A stretch of DNA of 64,000 bases. It comes from an uncultured Veillonellaceae bacterium. Lineage in GTDB: Bacteria; Bacillota; Negativicutes; JARBTT01. The translations under genes were made by a program, and so were the position numbers. This document shows positions 50,404 to 59,859 of the stretch, one piece after another; position 1 is the stretch's first letter, and each line of letters begins with the position of its first letter. The DNA is taken from positions 1,312,001 through 1,376,000 of the forward strand of contig CAWDTA010000002.1 in the NCBI GenBank assembly GCA_963805085.1, given 5' to 3'. Below the pieces are notes generated by a model that was given only the letters and a program-made list of their open reading frames with translations, ran no database searches and had not been told where the DNA came from.

Positions 50404-51573
50404 ATGAACAATAACAATCTAGGACAAGTTACAATGAAAGAAAAAAATATGGGGGAAGGATTTAAAGTTTGTGTTGCTAATACTTTAGCAGAAAAAAAAG
50501 CAATATATCAATTTCGATATAAAGTTTACGTTGAGGAAATGGCAAAGTATAAACTAATGAATCGTAATAAAGAATTATCAGATGAGATGGATGAATGGGG
50601 GCTATTGATCTATGTCAAAGATGGCGAAGAAGTAGTTGGTACAGCAAGAATGAATATTGGCAAAATGCTAGATTTTCCTGAAGAAATTATTAAAGAGTTA
50701 GCTATGAAGGAATTTCATGAATATTATGTTAGTACAAATAGTGATTATCAAGTGGCTTTGCTTAGTAAATTAATGGTTGCCGTAGAATATAGAAGTTCTT
50801 CGGTTCTTTATTTAATGCTGGTTAAACTTTATGAATTTCATTCTAAAACAGGCGTTCAATTTTCTTTTACAGGATGTAGTTTACATTTATTACGCTTTTA
50901 TGAAAAAATGGGCTTTCATCGCTATAGTAAAAATTTTACTGATTTTGGTTATGGATTATTAAGTCCAGTTGTGGTACTAGTTGATGATGCTAAACATTTT
51001 GCTTCAATACGGTCACCACTTTTTCGTATAGTCAGAAAAAAAGCAACTATAAATTCAAAAGATGTTGAATGGCTTCATGAAAAGTTGACGAAAAAATTAA
51101 ATAATGTGAATAGTCAATTGGTTACGGCAGATGAATTATGGTCAATTTTATGTGAGCGTTTACATGCTTTACCTACGGAAGTCATCGAAATATTGCAGGA
51201 TTTATCGATAGAAGAGGCAAAACTCTTTCTTCATGCCTGCAGTAGTATTGTTCAATGCGCAGCTGGAGAAGCCATTACGGTACAAGGCGATGTCAGTTAT
51301 TCGCATAATATATTACTATCGGGGCGTTTAAAATCGTTAACTTTTATAAATCCAATAAAGGAATATAAGATACCTGGTCAATATTTTGGTGCCAATGGGT
51401 TAACCGAGCATCATAAACATTTAGAAGAGATTGTGACGGCGACGCAATCAGAAATATTGGTGCTAACCGGTTTTACTTTCCCGAATTTTAGTAAAGCTAA
51501 TTTAGACATTGCCCATAAGATAATGAAAAAGATGATCACGATGACAAGAAACCCTGTATTTCATTTAAAATAA
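50404..51573 (+). CDS. GNAT-fold N-acyl amino acid synthase (FeeM/LuxI-like) + cNMP-binding-like domain
   Basis: YQFRYKVYVEE, DEMD, VGTAR, SKLMV..EYR, FYEKMGF; GEAITVQGD...ILLSG...PGQYFG; colinear with 3692. Confidence 0.75.
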   Translation: MNNNNLGQVTMKEKNMGEGFKVCVANTLAEKKAIYQFRYKVYVEEMAKYKLMNRNKELSDEMDEWGLLIYVKDGEEVVGTARMNIGKMLDFPEEIIKELAMKEFHEYYVSTNSDYQVALLSKLMVAVEYRSSSVLYLMLVKLYEFHSKTGVQFSFTGCSLHLLRFYEKMGFHRYSKNFTDFGYGLLSPVVVLVDDAKHFASIRSPLFRIVRKKATINSKDVEWLHEKLTKKLNNVNSQLVTADELWSILCERLHALPTEVIEILQDLSIEEAKLFLHACSSIVQCAAGEAITVQGDVSYSHNILLSGRLKSLTFINPIKEYKIPGQYFGANGLTEHHKHLEEIVTATQSEILVLTGFTFPNFSKANLDIAHKIMKKMITMTRNPVFHLK

Positions 51574-51622
51574 CGATAACAAATACACCTCCTCCATTAT
51601 CATTTAGATTTTGGAGGAGGTG

Positions 51623-52963
51623 CTAACAAATGAAAGCAAATAAAAAAGTAGTTCCTTTGTCACTGGTACTAATTTTAATCGTAGCGTGGTGCCTGTTTGC
51701 TATTTGATAGCAGATAGGAATACCGAGACCCGCCCCCGCTTTTTTTGTAGTAATGAAGGGGGTGCCTAATTTATCTAATACCTCGGGAGCAATTCCAAAG
51801 CCTTGATCATTGATTGACAGGATAACACGATGATCTTCTACGAAGGTTCGAATAGTTATTTTTCCACCCTTTGGCATGGCATCAACACTGTTGCTTATAA
51901 GGTTCAATAGTAGTTGACGTATTTCATTTTCATCTAGCGATAAATCAGGAATGTCTTGGAGATCAAGGATTACCTGTATTTTTAAGGAATTGATATGTTC
52001 ATGGATGAATGGCAGTAAGTCTTGAATCATTGTGTTTAGAGAACAAATTTTTAGATTAGCTACTTTTTGTTTAGATAAAGAAATGTATTTTTGAATGATG
52101 GTATTAACGATGTCGATTTCTTCGATCATTAGTTTGAATTCATCTGTATTAACATTGGCTTTATCTTTTTTTTCGAGAACTTGCAAGTAACCGCGGATTG
52201 TAGTAATCGGGTTTCTAATTTCATGGGCGACGGTAATTGCCATATTTCCAACCATAGTAATTCGATCAGGCAAAAGCTGTTGGTAATAAAAAGCATCGAG
52301 TTCAGTTCCTTTCATTAACTGATACTGCATTTTTTTGCCTAGTAAATCCATTCTGGTTTTCTCAAAATAGACCATTAAAGTACCAATAGCGATAACGAAG
52401 CGTAATATGCCGCCCAGTAAGTAGCACCAAGGAAGAAGATAAATTAATACTTCTGGTATCAAAAATCCAGAGATGTTTAGTAAACTCCACGAGATATAGG
52501 AATAGCCAGTAATAAAGCGTCCAATTCCTTTTAATTTTAAATGGCGAATAAAAAGTAGACCAACCCATATTAAAGCGGAGCAACCAAAAAATAGAGGAAG
52601 TAGTAGTTTATAAACCAAAGATGACAATATAGTGTTTAAAACAACATTTAGGGTAAATGTTGTGATAGCTATGTATAGCCAGCCTTTATTGATAGGTTTG
52701 TTGATAAAGCTATGATTTGCCAACAAAAACGTCAAACTATTCATATAAATAAGTAGTTGATATGTTAACAAGCACCAATTTGATTGTTGCCAATCTAGTA
52801 AATTTGCATCGAAAAACAGATATCGAGAAAGAAGAATGAGCCAACTTAAAGACCATAGCCCCATATACCGTTCACGATATAGTGCAAAAAGATATATATA
52901 GATAATCATCATTGAAATAGTACCGAGTGATGATATAATTATTGATAAAGAAAGATAATCCAT
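51623..52963 (-). CDS. membrane sensor histidine kinase (multi-TM, PAS deleted)
   Basis: YRERYMG sensor; AHEIRNPI, NLISNS, PFITTK..GAGLG. Confidence 0.92.
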   Translation of the reverse strand: MDYLSLSIIISSLGTISMMIIYIYLFALYRERYMGLWSLSWLILLSRYLFFDANLLDWQQSNWCLLTYQLLIYMNSLTFLLANHSFINKPINKGWLYIAITTFTLNVVLNTILSSLVYKLLLPLFFGCSALIWVGLLFIRHLKLKGIGRFITGYSYISWSLLNISGFLIPEVLIYLLPWCYLLGGILRFVIAIGTLMVYFEKTRMDLLGKKMQYQLMKGTELDAFYYQQLLPDRITMVGNMAITVAHEIRNPITTIRGYLQVLEKKDKANVNTDEFKLMIEEIDIVNTIIQKYISLSKQKVANLKICSLNTMIQDLLPFIHEHINSLKIQVILDLQDIPDLSLDENEIRQLLLNLISNSVDAMPKGGKITIRTFVEDHRVILSINDQGFGIAPEVLDKLGTPFITTKKAGAGLGIPICYQIANRHHATIKISTSDKGTTFLFAFIC

Positions 52964-53203
52964 AATTACTCCTAATGAAACTTTATTTTACAATTATTAC
53001 ATATACTGTGGATGTTCTACGGATTTTGTGATTTTCCTTCCCAATTATTGTAATAAATTGATTGATTTAGAAATAATTATGCTAAAATAAATAATAAATT
53101 TAGAATGAAAAATTATTTATGGTGAGGTGGTAGTAATAAAAAGGTGCATTGTATTTTCTGGAATAGTAAGAGAATAAAAATTTGAAAGTTAAAGGGGATT
53201 TTT

Positions 53204-53842
53204 ATGGCTATTCCAGATTTAAAAAAAATATATCCTAGAAGCAATGATGTTGAAACAATTTATTTAAAAAATGTTATTAAGAAGAAAAACATTCAGATAG
53301 GAGATTTTACAATTTATAATGATTTTTGTAATGATCCTAGAGAATTTGAAAAAAATAATGTTTTATATCATTATCCAGTAAATGAGGATAGACTGAGTAT
53401 TGGGAAGTTTTGTTCGATAGCCTGTGGGGCAAAATTTATGATGAATAGTGCTAACCATACGCTGTCTTCACTATCAACTTATACATTTCCGATTTTTGGT
53501 GAAGAATGGGAAGAAACCTTACGACTGAAAGATGCTTGGGATAATAAAGGTGATATTGTAATTGGCAATGATGTTTGGATAGGCTATGAGGCTGTGATTA
53601 TGAGTGGTGTTCATATTGGCGATGGTGCTATCATTGCAACCAGAGCAGTTGTTACCAAGGATGTTCCAGCCTATACAATTGCCGGTGGAATTCCGGCAAA
53701 ACCGATAAAAAAGAGATTTAGTGATGAAATTATTGCAGAGCTGCTTTCTTTGCAGTGGTGGGATTGGTCATATGAAAGAATTCTTGCGAATTTAAAACTG
53801 ATTCAAGCTGGCAATATTGAAGCATTAAAAAATGAAATGTAA
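53204..53842 (+). CDS. CatB/Vat-related hexapeptide-repeat O-acetyltransferase
   Basis: IGKFCSIA, STYTF, IGNDVWIG, VVTKDVP, LQWWDW. Confidence 0.9.
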   Translation: MAIPDLKKIYPRSNDVETIYLKNVIKKKNIQIGDFTIYNDFCNDPREFEKNNVLYHYPVNEDRLSIGKFCSIACGAKFMMNSANHTLSSLSTYTFPIFGEEWEETLRLKDAWDNKGDIVIGNDVWIGYEAVIMSGVHIGDGAIIATRAVVTKDVPAYTIAGGIPAKPIKKRFSDEIIAELLSLQWWDWSYERILANLKLIQAGNIEALKNEM

Positions 53843-54015
53843 GTTCTTAAACCTATCAAATGATGTATTAAGCAATGCAAAAAATCCGTTAGAGATATAA
53901 AATCTAACGGATTTTTGCTCGTGTTTTAGTGTGAAACTATTTCTATAGATTGAAAAAACAGACGATAAGCAATTATGCATCGTCTGTTTTTATTGGAATC
54001 GTTTAAAGATTAAAC

Positions 54016-55833
54016 TTAAGCTACCGGTAATTTTCCTGCGTCTTCAGTATTTAATCCTAGTGGTTTTTCAATTTTTAAGAGGTTCAGCCAGCTGCGAGTA
54101 GAATCGCCTAGGATGATACCGACAAGGATGAGTAATAAAATCGTAATGACTCCATTGATATTACCTAATAAGTCACCACGGTTAAAAAATGTTGAAATAC
54201 TGTAGAAACCAGCAGTGAATACGGTTACTGTTAAGAATATCAGCGGAAGAAAAGTGATGAGTCCATAGACTTTTTTCTTTGCCACTTTTAAAATAATCGT
54301 GGTTCCTATAGCAAGGGATGCCACGGCTAAAAGTTGATTTGCGATACCAAACATCGGCCAGATGGAGGCAACATCACCGCTATAGAGTAAGTAACCCCAA
54401 GCAAACGATATCAGCGTACTGGTAAGAAGAATGCCTGGCCACCAATGAATTTGTTTTAATGGCTTGTAAGTGTAGGTGCCTAAAACATCTTGAAGGACAT
54501 AACGACCAACACGGGTAAAGGCATCAATTGTCGTCAAGATAAAGAGCGCCTCAAACATGATCGCAAATTGGTACCAATAATTCATCAAATGTTTCATCTC
54601 ACCGATACTAGAAAAAATATGAGCCATGCCAACAGCTAGAGATACTGCACCACCTGGGCGATGCGCAACGTCAATGCCAACCAATTGTGTGAGTTGGTCT
54701 AGATCGACTGTCTGTAGATTCAAGGTCCTAAAGACTTCGGCAGAGGTATTGATCGCAAAATAATCACCAGGCGCCAATACTGCAGCAGCAATTAAAGCCA
54801 TAACAGATACGATCCCTTCAACAAGCATTCCTCCGTAAGCGATGCCGCGGGCTTGGGTTTCTAGTTCCATCATTTTTGGTGTAGTACCAGAGCTAATGAG
54901 AACGTGTGCGCCAGAGATAGCACCACAAGCAATCGTAATACAGACATAAGGCCATACTGGCCCAGGGATGATTGGCCCGCCACCACTGATAAATTGCGTA
55001 GTGAATGGCAAGGCAATGCTAGGATGAACAATTAAAATACCAAGTGCCAAGGCCCCGATGGTGCCTATCTTCATGTAAGAACTTAAATAGTCACGGGGAG
55101 CTAACAGTAACCAAACCGGTAATACCGCCGCAGCGAATCCGTAGATCGGCAATGCAATTGATAATTGTTGTTTAGTTAGTGTGAACCAACTAGCAAAAGG
55201 AGAATTGGCAACGTAACTGCCGGAAAATACTGCAAATAAAACGAGTAAAAATCCAACGAGGGAGCCAGAAAAAATCGAACCAGGAGAAATTTTAAACATA
55301 TAGATACCGACTACCATGGCAATAGGAATTGTCATAAATAAGGTATAAACACCCCAAGGATTTTGATAGAGCGCATTTACAACGACGATACCAAGTCCAG
55401 CTAGAGCTACTACGACAACAAAGACCACGGCAATCGAGGTAGCTGCACCAGTAATTGGCCCGATTTCTCTTTTGGCAATGACCACGAGAGAATCACCTTT
55501 ATGGCGAATCGATGCAAATAAAATAATCAGATCTTGTACAGCACCAGCAAAGACAGAAGCAAGTAAGATCCAAATAAATGGAGGCCCCCAACCAAATTGT
55601 GCTGCTAGAATAGGACCAACCAATGGGCCAGGCCCCGCAATAGCGGCAAAATGATGACCAAATACAATCCATTTATTTGTTTTTACGTATTCGCGACCAT
55701 CCTCATATTGAACAGCCGGCGTAATGTTCTGATCATTCAATGAAAGCACTTTCGCGCAGATAAAAGCGGAATAATAGCGATAAGCAAGAAGAAAGAAACA
55801 GACGGAAACGATAATTAGCGTAATTGAATTCAT
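54016..55833 (-). CDS. cstA: second CstA-family transporter
   Basis: FGHHFAAIAGPGPLVGP, LLAPRDYLS, ITIACGAISG. Confidence 0.93.
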   Translation of the reverse strand: MNSITLIIVSVCFFLLAYRYYSAFICAKVLSLNDQNITPAVQYEDGREYVKTNKWIVFGHHFAAIAGPGPLVGPILAAQFGWGPPFIWILLASVFAGAVQDLIILFASIRHKGDSLVVIAKREIGPITGAATSIAVVFVVVVALAGLGIVVVNALYQNPWGVYTLFMTIPIAMVVGIYMFKISPGSIFSGSLVGFLLVLFAVFSGSYVANSPFASWFTLTKQQLSIALPIYGFAAAVLPVWLLLAPRDYLSSYMKIGTIGALALGILIVHPSIALPFTTQFISGGGPIIPGPVWPYVCITIACGAISGAHVLISSGTTPKMMELETQARGIAYGGMLVEGIVSVMALIAAAVLAPGDYFAINTSAEVFRTLNLQTVDLDQLTQLVGIDVAHRPGGAVSLAVGMAHIFSSIGEMKHLMNYWYQFAIMFEALFILTTIDAFTRVGRYVLQDVLGTYTYKPLKQIHWWPGILLTSTLISFAWGYLLYSGDVASIWPMFGIANQLLAVASLAIGTTIILKVAKKKVYGLITFLPLIFLTVTVFTAGFYSISTFFNRGDLLGNINGVITILLLILVGIILGDSTRSWLNLLKIEKPLGLNTEDAGKLPVA

Positions 55834-56218
55834 AGAAAAGCTCCTTTATATAATAAATAAAAAATACATGATTTCTATAATAAATCAATTTACGCAATAT
55901 AACAAATAATAAGTACTATAGTATTTTGGAGAAAAACAAAGAAAAGTAGACTAAATGTAAACTTTACACTTTAATTTTGTATACACATATTTTTTTTGCT
56001 GTAAAAATACAGAGTTTAAAGCTAAAGGTTTTTATAAAGTATTGAAAAGCAAGTGTAGAAGCCCTGAAAACAGGTGGATTTTTTGTAGGTTATAATAAAT
56101 ATGCTGATTTTTGTTCTAATATCGTAAGTATGGTATATTAAAATTTGATATAATAGTGTTGAGTGAAACGCTAATTTAACTATCTAATTTTTATAAAATA
56201 GTCTAGTGAGGTTTACTT

Positions 56219-56818
56219 ATGCTGACTTATAATAACAACGCAGATACAATGATTATTGTTCTTCATGAAATTTATGGTGTGAATAAACATATCATCAATG
56301 TGTGCGAAACATTGTCAAAATATCAATATGATAGTATTGCCCCCAATTTATTGAAAGAAAATGTTGTATTTGACTATGATCAAGCAGATCTTGCCTATCA
56401 TAATTTTATGGACAATGTCGGTTTTGAAAATGCCATGAAGCAGATAACGCAAATTCTTTGTAATGTAAGACCACATTATAAAAGAATTTATGTATGGGGG
56501 TATAGTATCGGGGCCACTCTTGCTTGGTTGTGTAGTCAAACAAATTTATGTGATTTCGTTGTTGGTTTTTATGGCTCAAGAATCAGAGATAATCTTGCGG
56601 TAATACCAAACTGCCCAACGCTATTGTTTTTTCCAACAGATGAAGAATCTTTCAATGTAGATGAATTGATTGTGAAGTTAAGTTGTTTAGATAATGTTAA
56701 GGTTGAAAAAATGCATGGCAGGCATGGCTTCGCTGATAAGTTTTCGAAAAATTATAATAGAGAGTCAGCTCTTAGAACAATTAGAGAGGTTTCACTATTC
56801 GCTAAAGCAGCATTTTAA
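56219..56818 (+). CDS. dienelactone hydrolase family protein
   Basis: HEIYGVN, GYSIG nucleophile elbow, FYGSRIR, HGF. Confidence 0.88.
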   Translation: MLTYNNNADTMIIVLHEIYGVNKHIINVCETLSKYQYDSIAPNLLKENVVFDYDQADLAYHNFMDNVGFENAMKQITQILCNVRPHYKRIYVWGYSIGATLAWLCSQTNLCDFVVGFYGSRIRDNLAVIPNCPTLLFFPTDEESFNVDELIVKLSCLDNVKVEKMHGRHGFADKFSKNYNRESALRTIREVSLFAKAAF

Positions 56819-56931
56819 AAAAATCTATACAGTGAATAAAATTCAATCCTAAATTTTCCACTTATAAAACAGGATAAATTGCCAATAATAATTACTGCGT
56901 TTCAAGTACAGTAATTAAGGGAGGTTACTAT

Positions 56932-57141
56932 ATGACTGTTAAAAAAGATTTGGAAGAAGCTGTTGCTGCTGCGCAATCCGCCCAAGGTACGTATGCGACA
57001 TTTGCGACAGCAACCGATGATCCAAGTGCACAAACCATGTTTGAGCAAATGGCCAACGATATGGATCGTCACATTTCTCAAATTAAATTTCGCTTAAATA
57101 ATACAGCAGAAAATAAGATGAATAATCAATCAAATAAGTAG
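56932..57141 (+). CDS. small DUF1657-like helical protein
   Basis: MTV...L..A.A...FA..T.D..A..MF pattern; GGGAGG RBS. Confidence 0.7.
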   Translation: MTVKKDLEEAVAAAQSAQGTYATFATATDDPSAQTMFEQMANDMDRHISQIKFRLNNTAENKMNNQSNK

Positions 57142-57307
57142 TGGCGATAGTGGAATATTACATGTTTATTTGTTAGGCAGTTTTTACTAGCAGAAAATGA
57201 ACTAGAAACAAAAAGAAACGCCTGTTGCAATCCGATATAGATTGTAACAGGCGTTTTGTAATTATTGCTGTAAAAATGCAGACTTTCTATGTCAACGATG
57301 CAAAAAA

Positions 57308-57601
57308 CTACCTTCGGACAGAATCCCAAGTTAACGATTGTATGATCAATTTTATACCATCAGAAAATCCTTGGTTGTAAAAGATTTCGCCAGTGATTGC
57401 TTTTTGCGCTGAAAAGCAGTCGTATAATTTATTTAAATCTTTTACGTTCTCTTTCGGCAAAGCTTGGGAAAGTTCTTTTTCCAATTTATTAATTTGTTGA
57501 TCGGCACAATAGTAATCATTGGATAGTTTTTCTAAATGCATCAGATCGCTTTCATCATGCATAAACCGTAATTCTTTGGTTGTAGTTTCAAAAATGTTCA
57601 T
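57308..57601 (-). CDS. small hypothetical protein (DUF6809-like FY.QGF.DG motif)
   Basis: AAGGAG RBS; FYNQGFSDGIKLI; divergent from the HTH gene. Confidence 0.7.
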   Translation of the reverse strand: MNIFETTTKELRFMHDESDLMHLEKLSNDYYCADQQINKLEKELSQALPKENVKDLNKLYDCFSAQKAITGEIFYNQGFSDGIKLIIQSLTWDSVRR

Positions 57602-57768
57602 CGTGTCAACTCCTTAAAAAAATATTAAATATGCGTTCGAAAATATTATTTTGCTATTACAAATATAATACTACGATTGTAAATAAAATTCAATAGTATA
57701 AGCAAAAAGAATTTTGTTTTTGCAAATATTATTATGCTATAATAAATTATTCGAGGAGGATTGATCGT

Positions 57769-58002
57769 ATGGAAGAGATGAAATATGGGATACGTCATTA
57801 TAAATTATTTGATTTGTTAAATAGAAAAGGTATAAGCAAAGGTCAATTTGCAGAGATGGTAGGCTTATCATCTGCTACTACAGCAAAACTTTCTAGTGGA
57901 AAACCCATAAATACAACAATAATTAATAAAATTTGTGCGGCTCTCGATTGTCAGCCTGGAGATATTATGGAGTATGTATCTGAACGGAAAGAAAAAATTT
58001 AA
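57769..58002 (+). CDS. Cro/C1-type (HTH_26) regulator
   Basis: YKLFDLL...GLSSAT.AKL...IC.ALDCQPGDIMEY. Confidence 0.9.
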   Translation: MEEMKYGIRHYKLFDLLNRKGISKGQFAEMVGLSSATTAKLSSGKPINTTIINKICAALDCQPGDIMEYVSERKEKI

Positions 58003-58035
58003 ACATAAAGAAAATGTTTGAAGGATGGCGATGAA

Positions 58036-59139
58036 ATGGAAGGTTTGGATAGGAATCAACTTAGTGCAATACGACTAAGAGGATACAAATCTATTAAAGC
58101 TTGCAATTTAGAGTTGAAAAAAATCAATGTGCTTATTGGCAGTAATGGAGCTGGTAAATCAAATTTTATTTCTGCTTTTGCATTATTACAAAATATATTG
58201 GCAAAAAATTTACAAGTAGCGGTTGCTCAAAGTGGAATAAATTCATTATTTTTTAATGGAAAAAAAGTTACCGAAGAAATTGAGTTTGAAGTTTTTTTCG
58301 GTAAGAATTCTTATGGTTTTAATTTAATACCAACAGATGATAATAGACTGATTTTCAGCAAAGAATATTTTGGCTATTATGGAGATTATCAAAACGAAAG
58401 TAATGTAAATCGTGGGCATAGTGAGTCAATGTGGCAAACTGGAACAGGTAACAGGATTGGTGATTATGTGAAACCTATTCTTGAAAAACAAAATTGGCGT
58501 GTGTATCATTTTCATGATACAGGTAGAAATGCAAAGGTGAAAACAGAACATAATATATCAAATAATAAAGCTTTACAATATGATGCAGCCAATTTAGTAG
58601 CATTTTTATTTAGATTAAAAAATAAATTCTCAGATAGCTATCATGAAATTGTGCAGACGATTCGCTTGATTGCTCCATATTTTGATGATTTTGACTTAGA
58701 ACCATTAGAAAATAATCAAGAACAAATAATTTTAAGATGGAAACAAAAAGGTTGTGAAGATATTTTTAATGTTTCGCAATTATCCGATGGTACGCTTAGA
58801 TTTATTTGTCTTGCAACCTTGCTTTTACAACCGCATGAACTCCAACCAGCAACTATTATTGTCGATGAACCGGAATTAGGTTTGCACCCGTATGCGATAA
58901 CAATATTTGCTGAAATGGTAAAGCAGCTTTCTGATGAAAAGCAAATTATTATTTCTACCCAATCGGTAGAACTTCTTAATGAATTTGATGTAGATGATGT
59001 GGTGGTAGTGGATAGGGATACAGATGGCTCGGTATTTAAGAGATTAGAAGAGGAAGAATTAAAAGACTGGATAGAAAACGATTATGCACTTGGTGAGCTA
59101 TGGATTAAAAATGTTTTGGGGGGCAGGCTCTCAAAATGA
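58036..59139 (+). CDS. ABC/AAA_21-type ATPase
   Basis: GYKSI, GSNGAGKSNF, LSDGTLRF, VDEPELGLHP, ISTQS. Confidence 0.92.
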   Translation: MEGLDRNQLSAIRLRGYKSIKACNLELKKINVLIGSNGAGKSNFISAFALLQNILAKNLQVAVAQSGINSLFFNGKKVTEEIEFEVFFGKNSYGFNLIPTDDNRLIFSKEYFGYYGDYQNESNVNRGHSESMWQTGTGNRIGDYVKPILEKQNWRVYHFHDTGRNAKVKTEHNISNNKALQYDAANLVAFLFRLKNKFSDSYHEIVQTIRLIAPYFDDFDLEPLENNQEQIILRWKQKGCEDIFNVSQLSDGTLRFICLATLLLQPHELQPATIIVDEPELGLHPYAITIFAEMVKQLSDEKQIIISTQSVELLNEFDVDDVVVVDRDTDGSVFKRLEEEELKDWIENDYALGELWIKNVLGGRLSK

Positions 59140-59783
59140 AAAATGTATATATTTATTGTGAAGGACAAACTGAAGAATCCTTTATCAATGGAGTGTTATA
59201 TCCATACTTTATGAATATGGACATTTATGTGCGACCAATCATTTGTACTACCAAGAAGACAAAAAAACAAACCTTTAAAGGTGGCGCTAGTACTTATAAT
59301 AAAATAAAAAAAGAGTTAGCCATAATTTGTAATAAACATAAAAACGAAGTCGTTACAACAATGTTTGATTATTATGCAATGCCTGATGACACGCCTAATA
59401 TCAATAATAACGAAGTGGACATTTATAAACGAATTGAGCAAATTGAAGATTCTATTAACGCTGATATTGACATGGGTAATTTATTTTTCGGATTTTCTTT
59501 ACATGAGTTTGAAGCGTTGTTGTTTTCGGAGCCTCATGCATTCAAAGCAATTACAACTGATGACATTATAATTGAGATACAAGCGATGAGAGATGAAGCT
59601 TCAACTCCAGAGCATATTAATAATTCTCCAGAAACAGCACCGTCCAAGCGATTGAAGAAACTTATCAATAATTATTCGAAAATAAGATATGGAACAATTG
59701 TTGCAAAAGAAATCGGAATTGATAAAATCATGAGAGAATGTAAACATTTTGCAAAATGGATAGAAAAAATTAAAGCTTGCTAA
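59136..59783 (+). CDS. DUF4276-like (Toprim-like) protein
   Basis: CEGQTEE, MFDYY, HEFEALLF, PEHIN...APSKRL, C.HF..W; ATGA overlap with the ATPase. Confidence 0.85.
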   Translation: MKNVYIYCEGQTEESFINGVLYPYFMNMDIYVRPIICTTKKTKKQTFKGGASTYNKIKKELAIICNKHKNEVVTTMFDYYAMPDDTPNINNNEVDIYKRIEQIEDSINADIDMGNLFFGFSLHEFEALLFSEPHAFKAITTDDIIIEIQAMRDEASTPEHINNSPETAPSKRLKKLINNYSKIRYGTIVAKEIGIDKIMRECKHFAKWIEKIKAC

Positions 59784-59859
59784 GAAATTGTAAATTTATA
59801 ATAAGCAAAGAAACGCCTGTTGCAATCCGATATAGATTGTAACAGGCGTTTCGCATATT

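Larger units (their letters stand above)
57212..59851. mobile_element. ~2.6-kb islet bounded by 45-bp perfect direct repeats
   Basis: aaagaaacgcctgttgcaatccgatatagattgtaacaggcgttt at 57212-57256 and 59807-59851; no integrase inside. Confidence 0.7.

Noticed and set aside
53204-53842. Bona fide vat/catB resistance gene
   Set aside because: The family is clear, but substrate cannot be assigned from motifs and there is no mobile context
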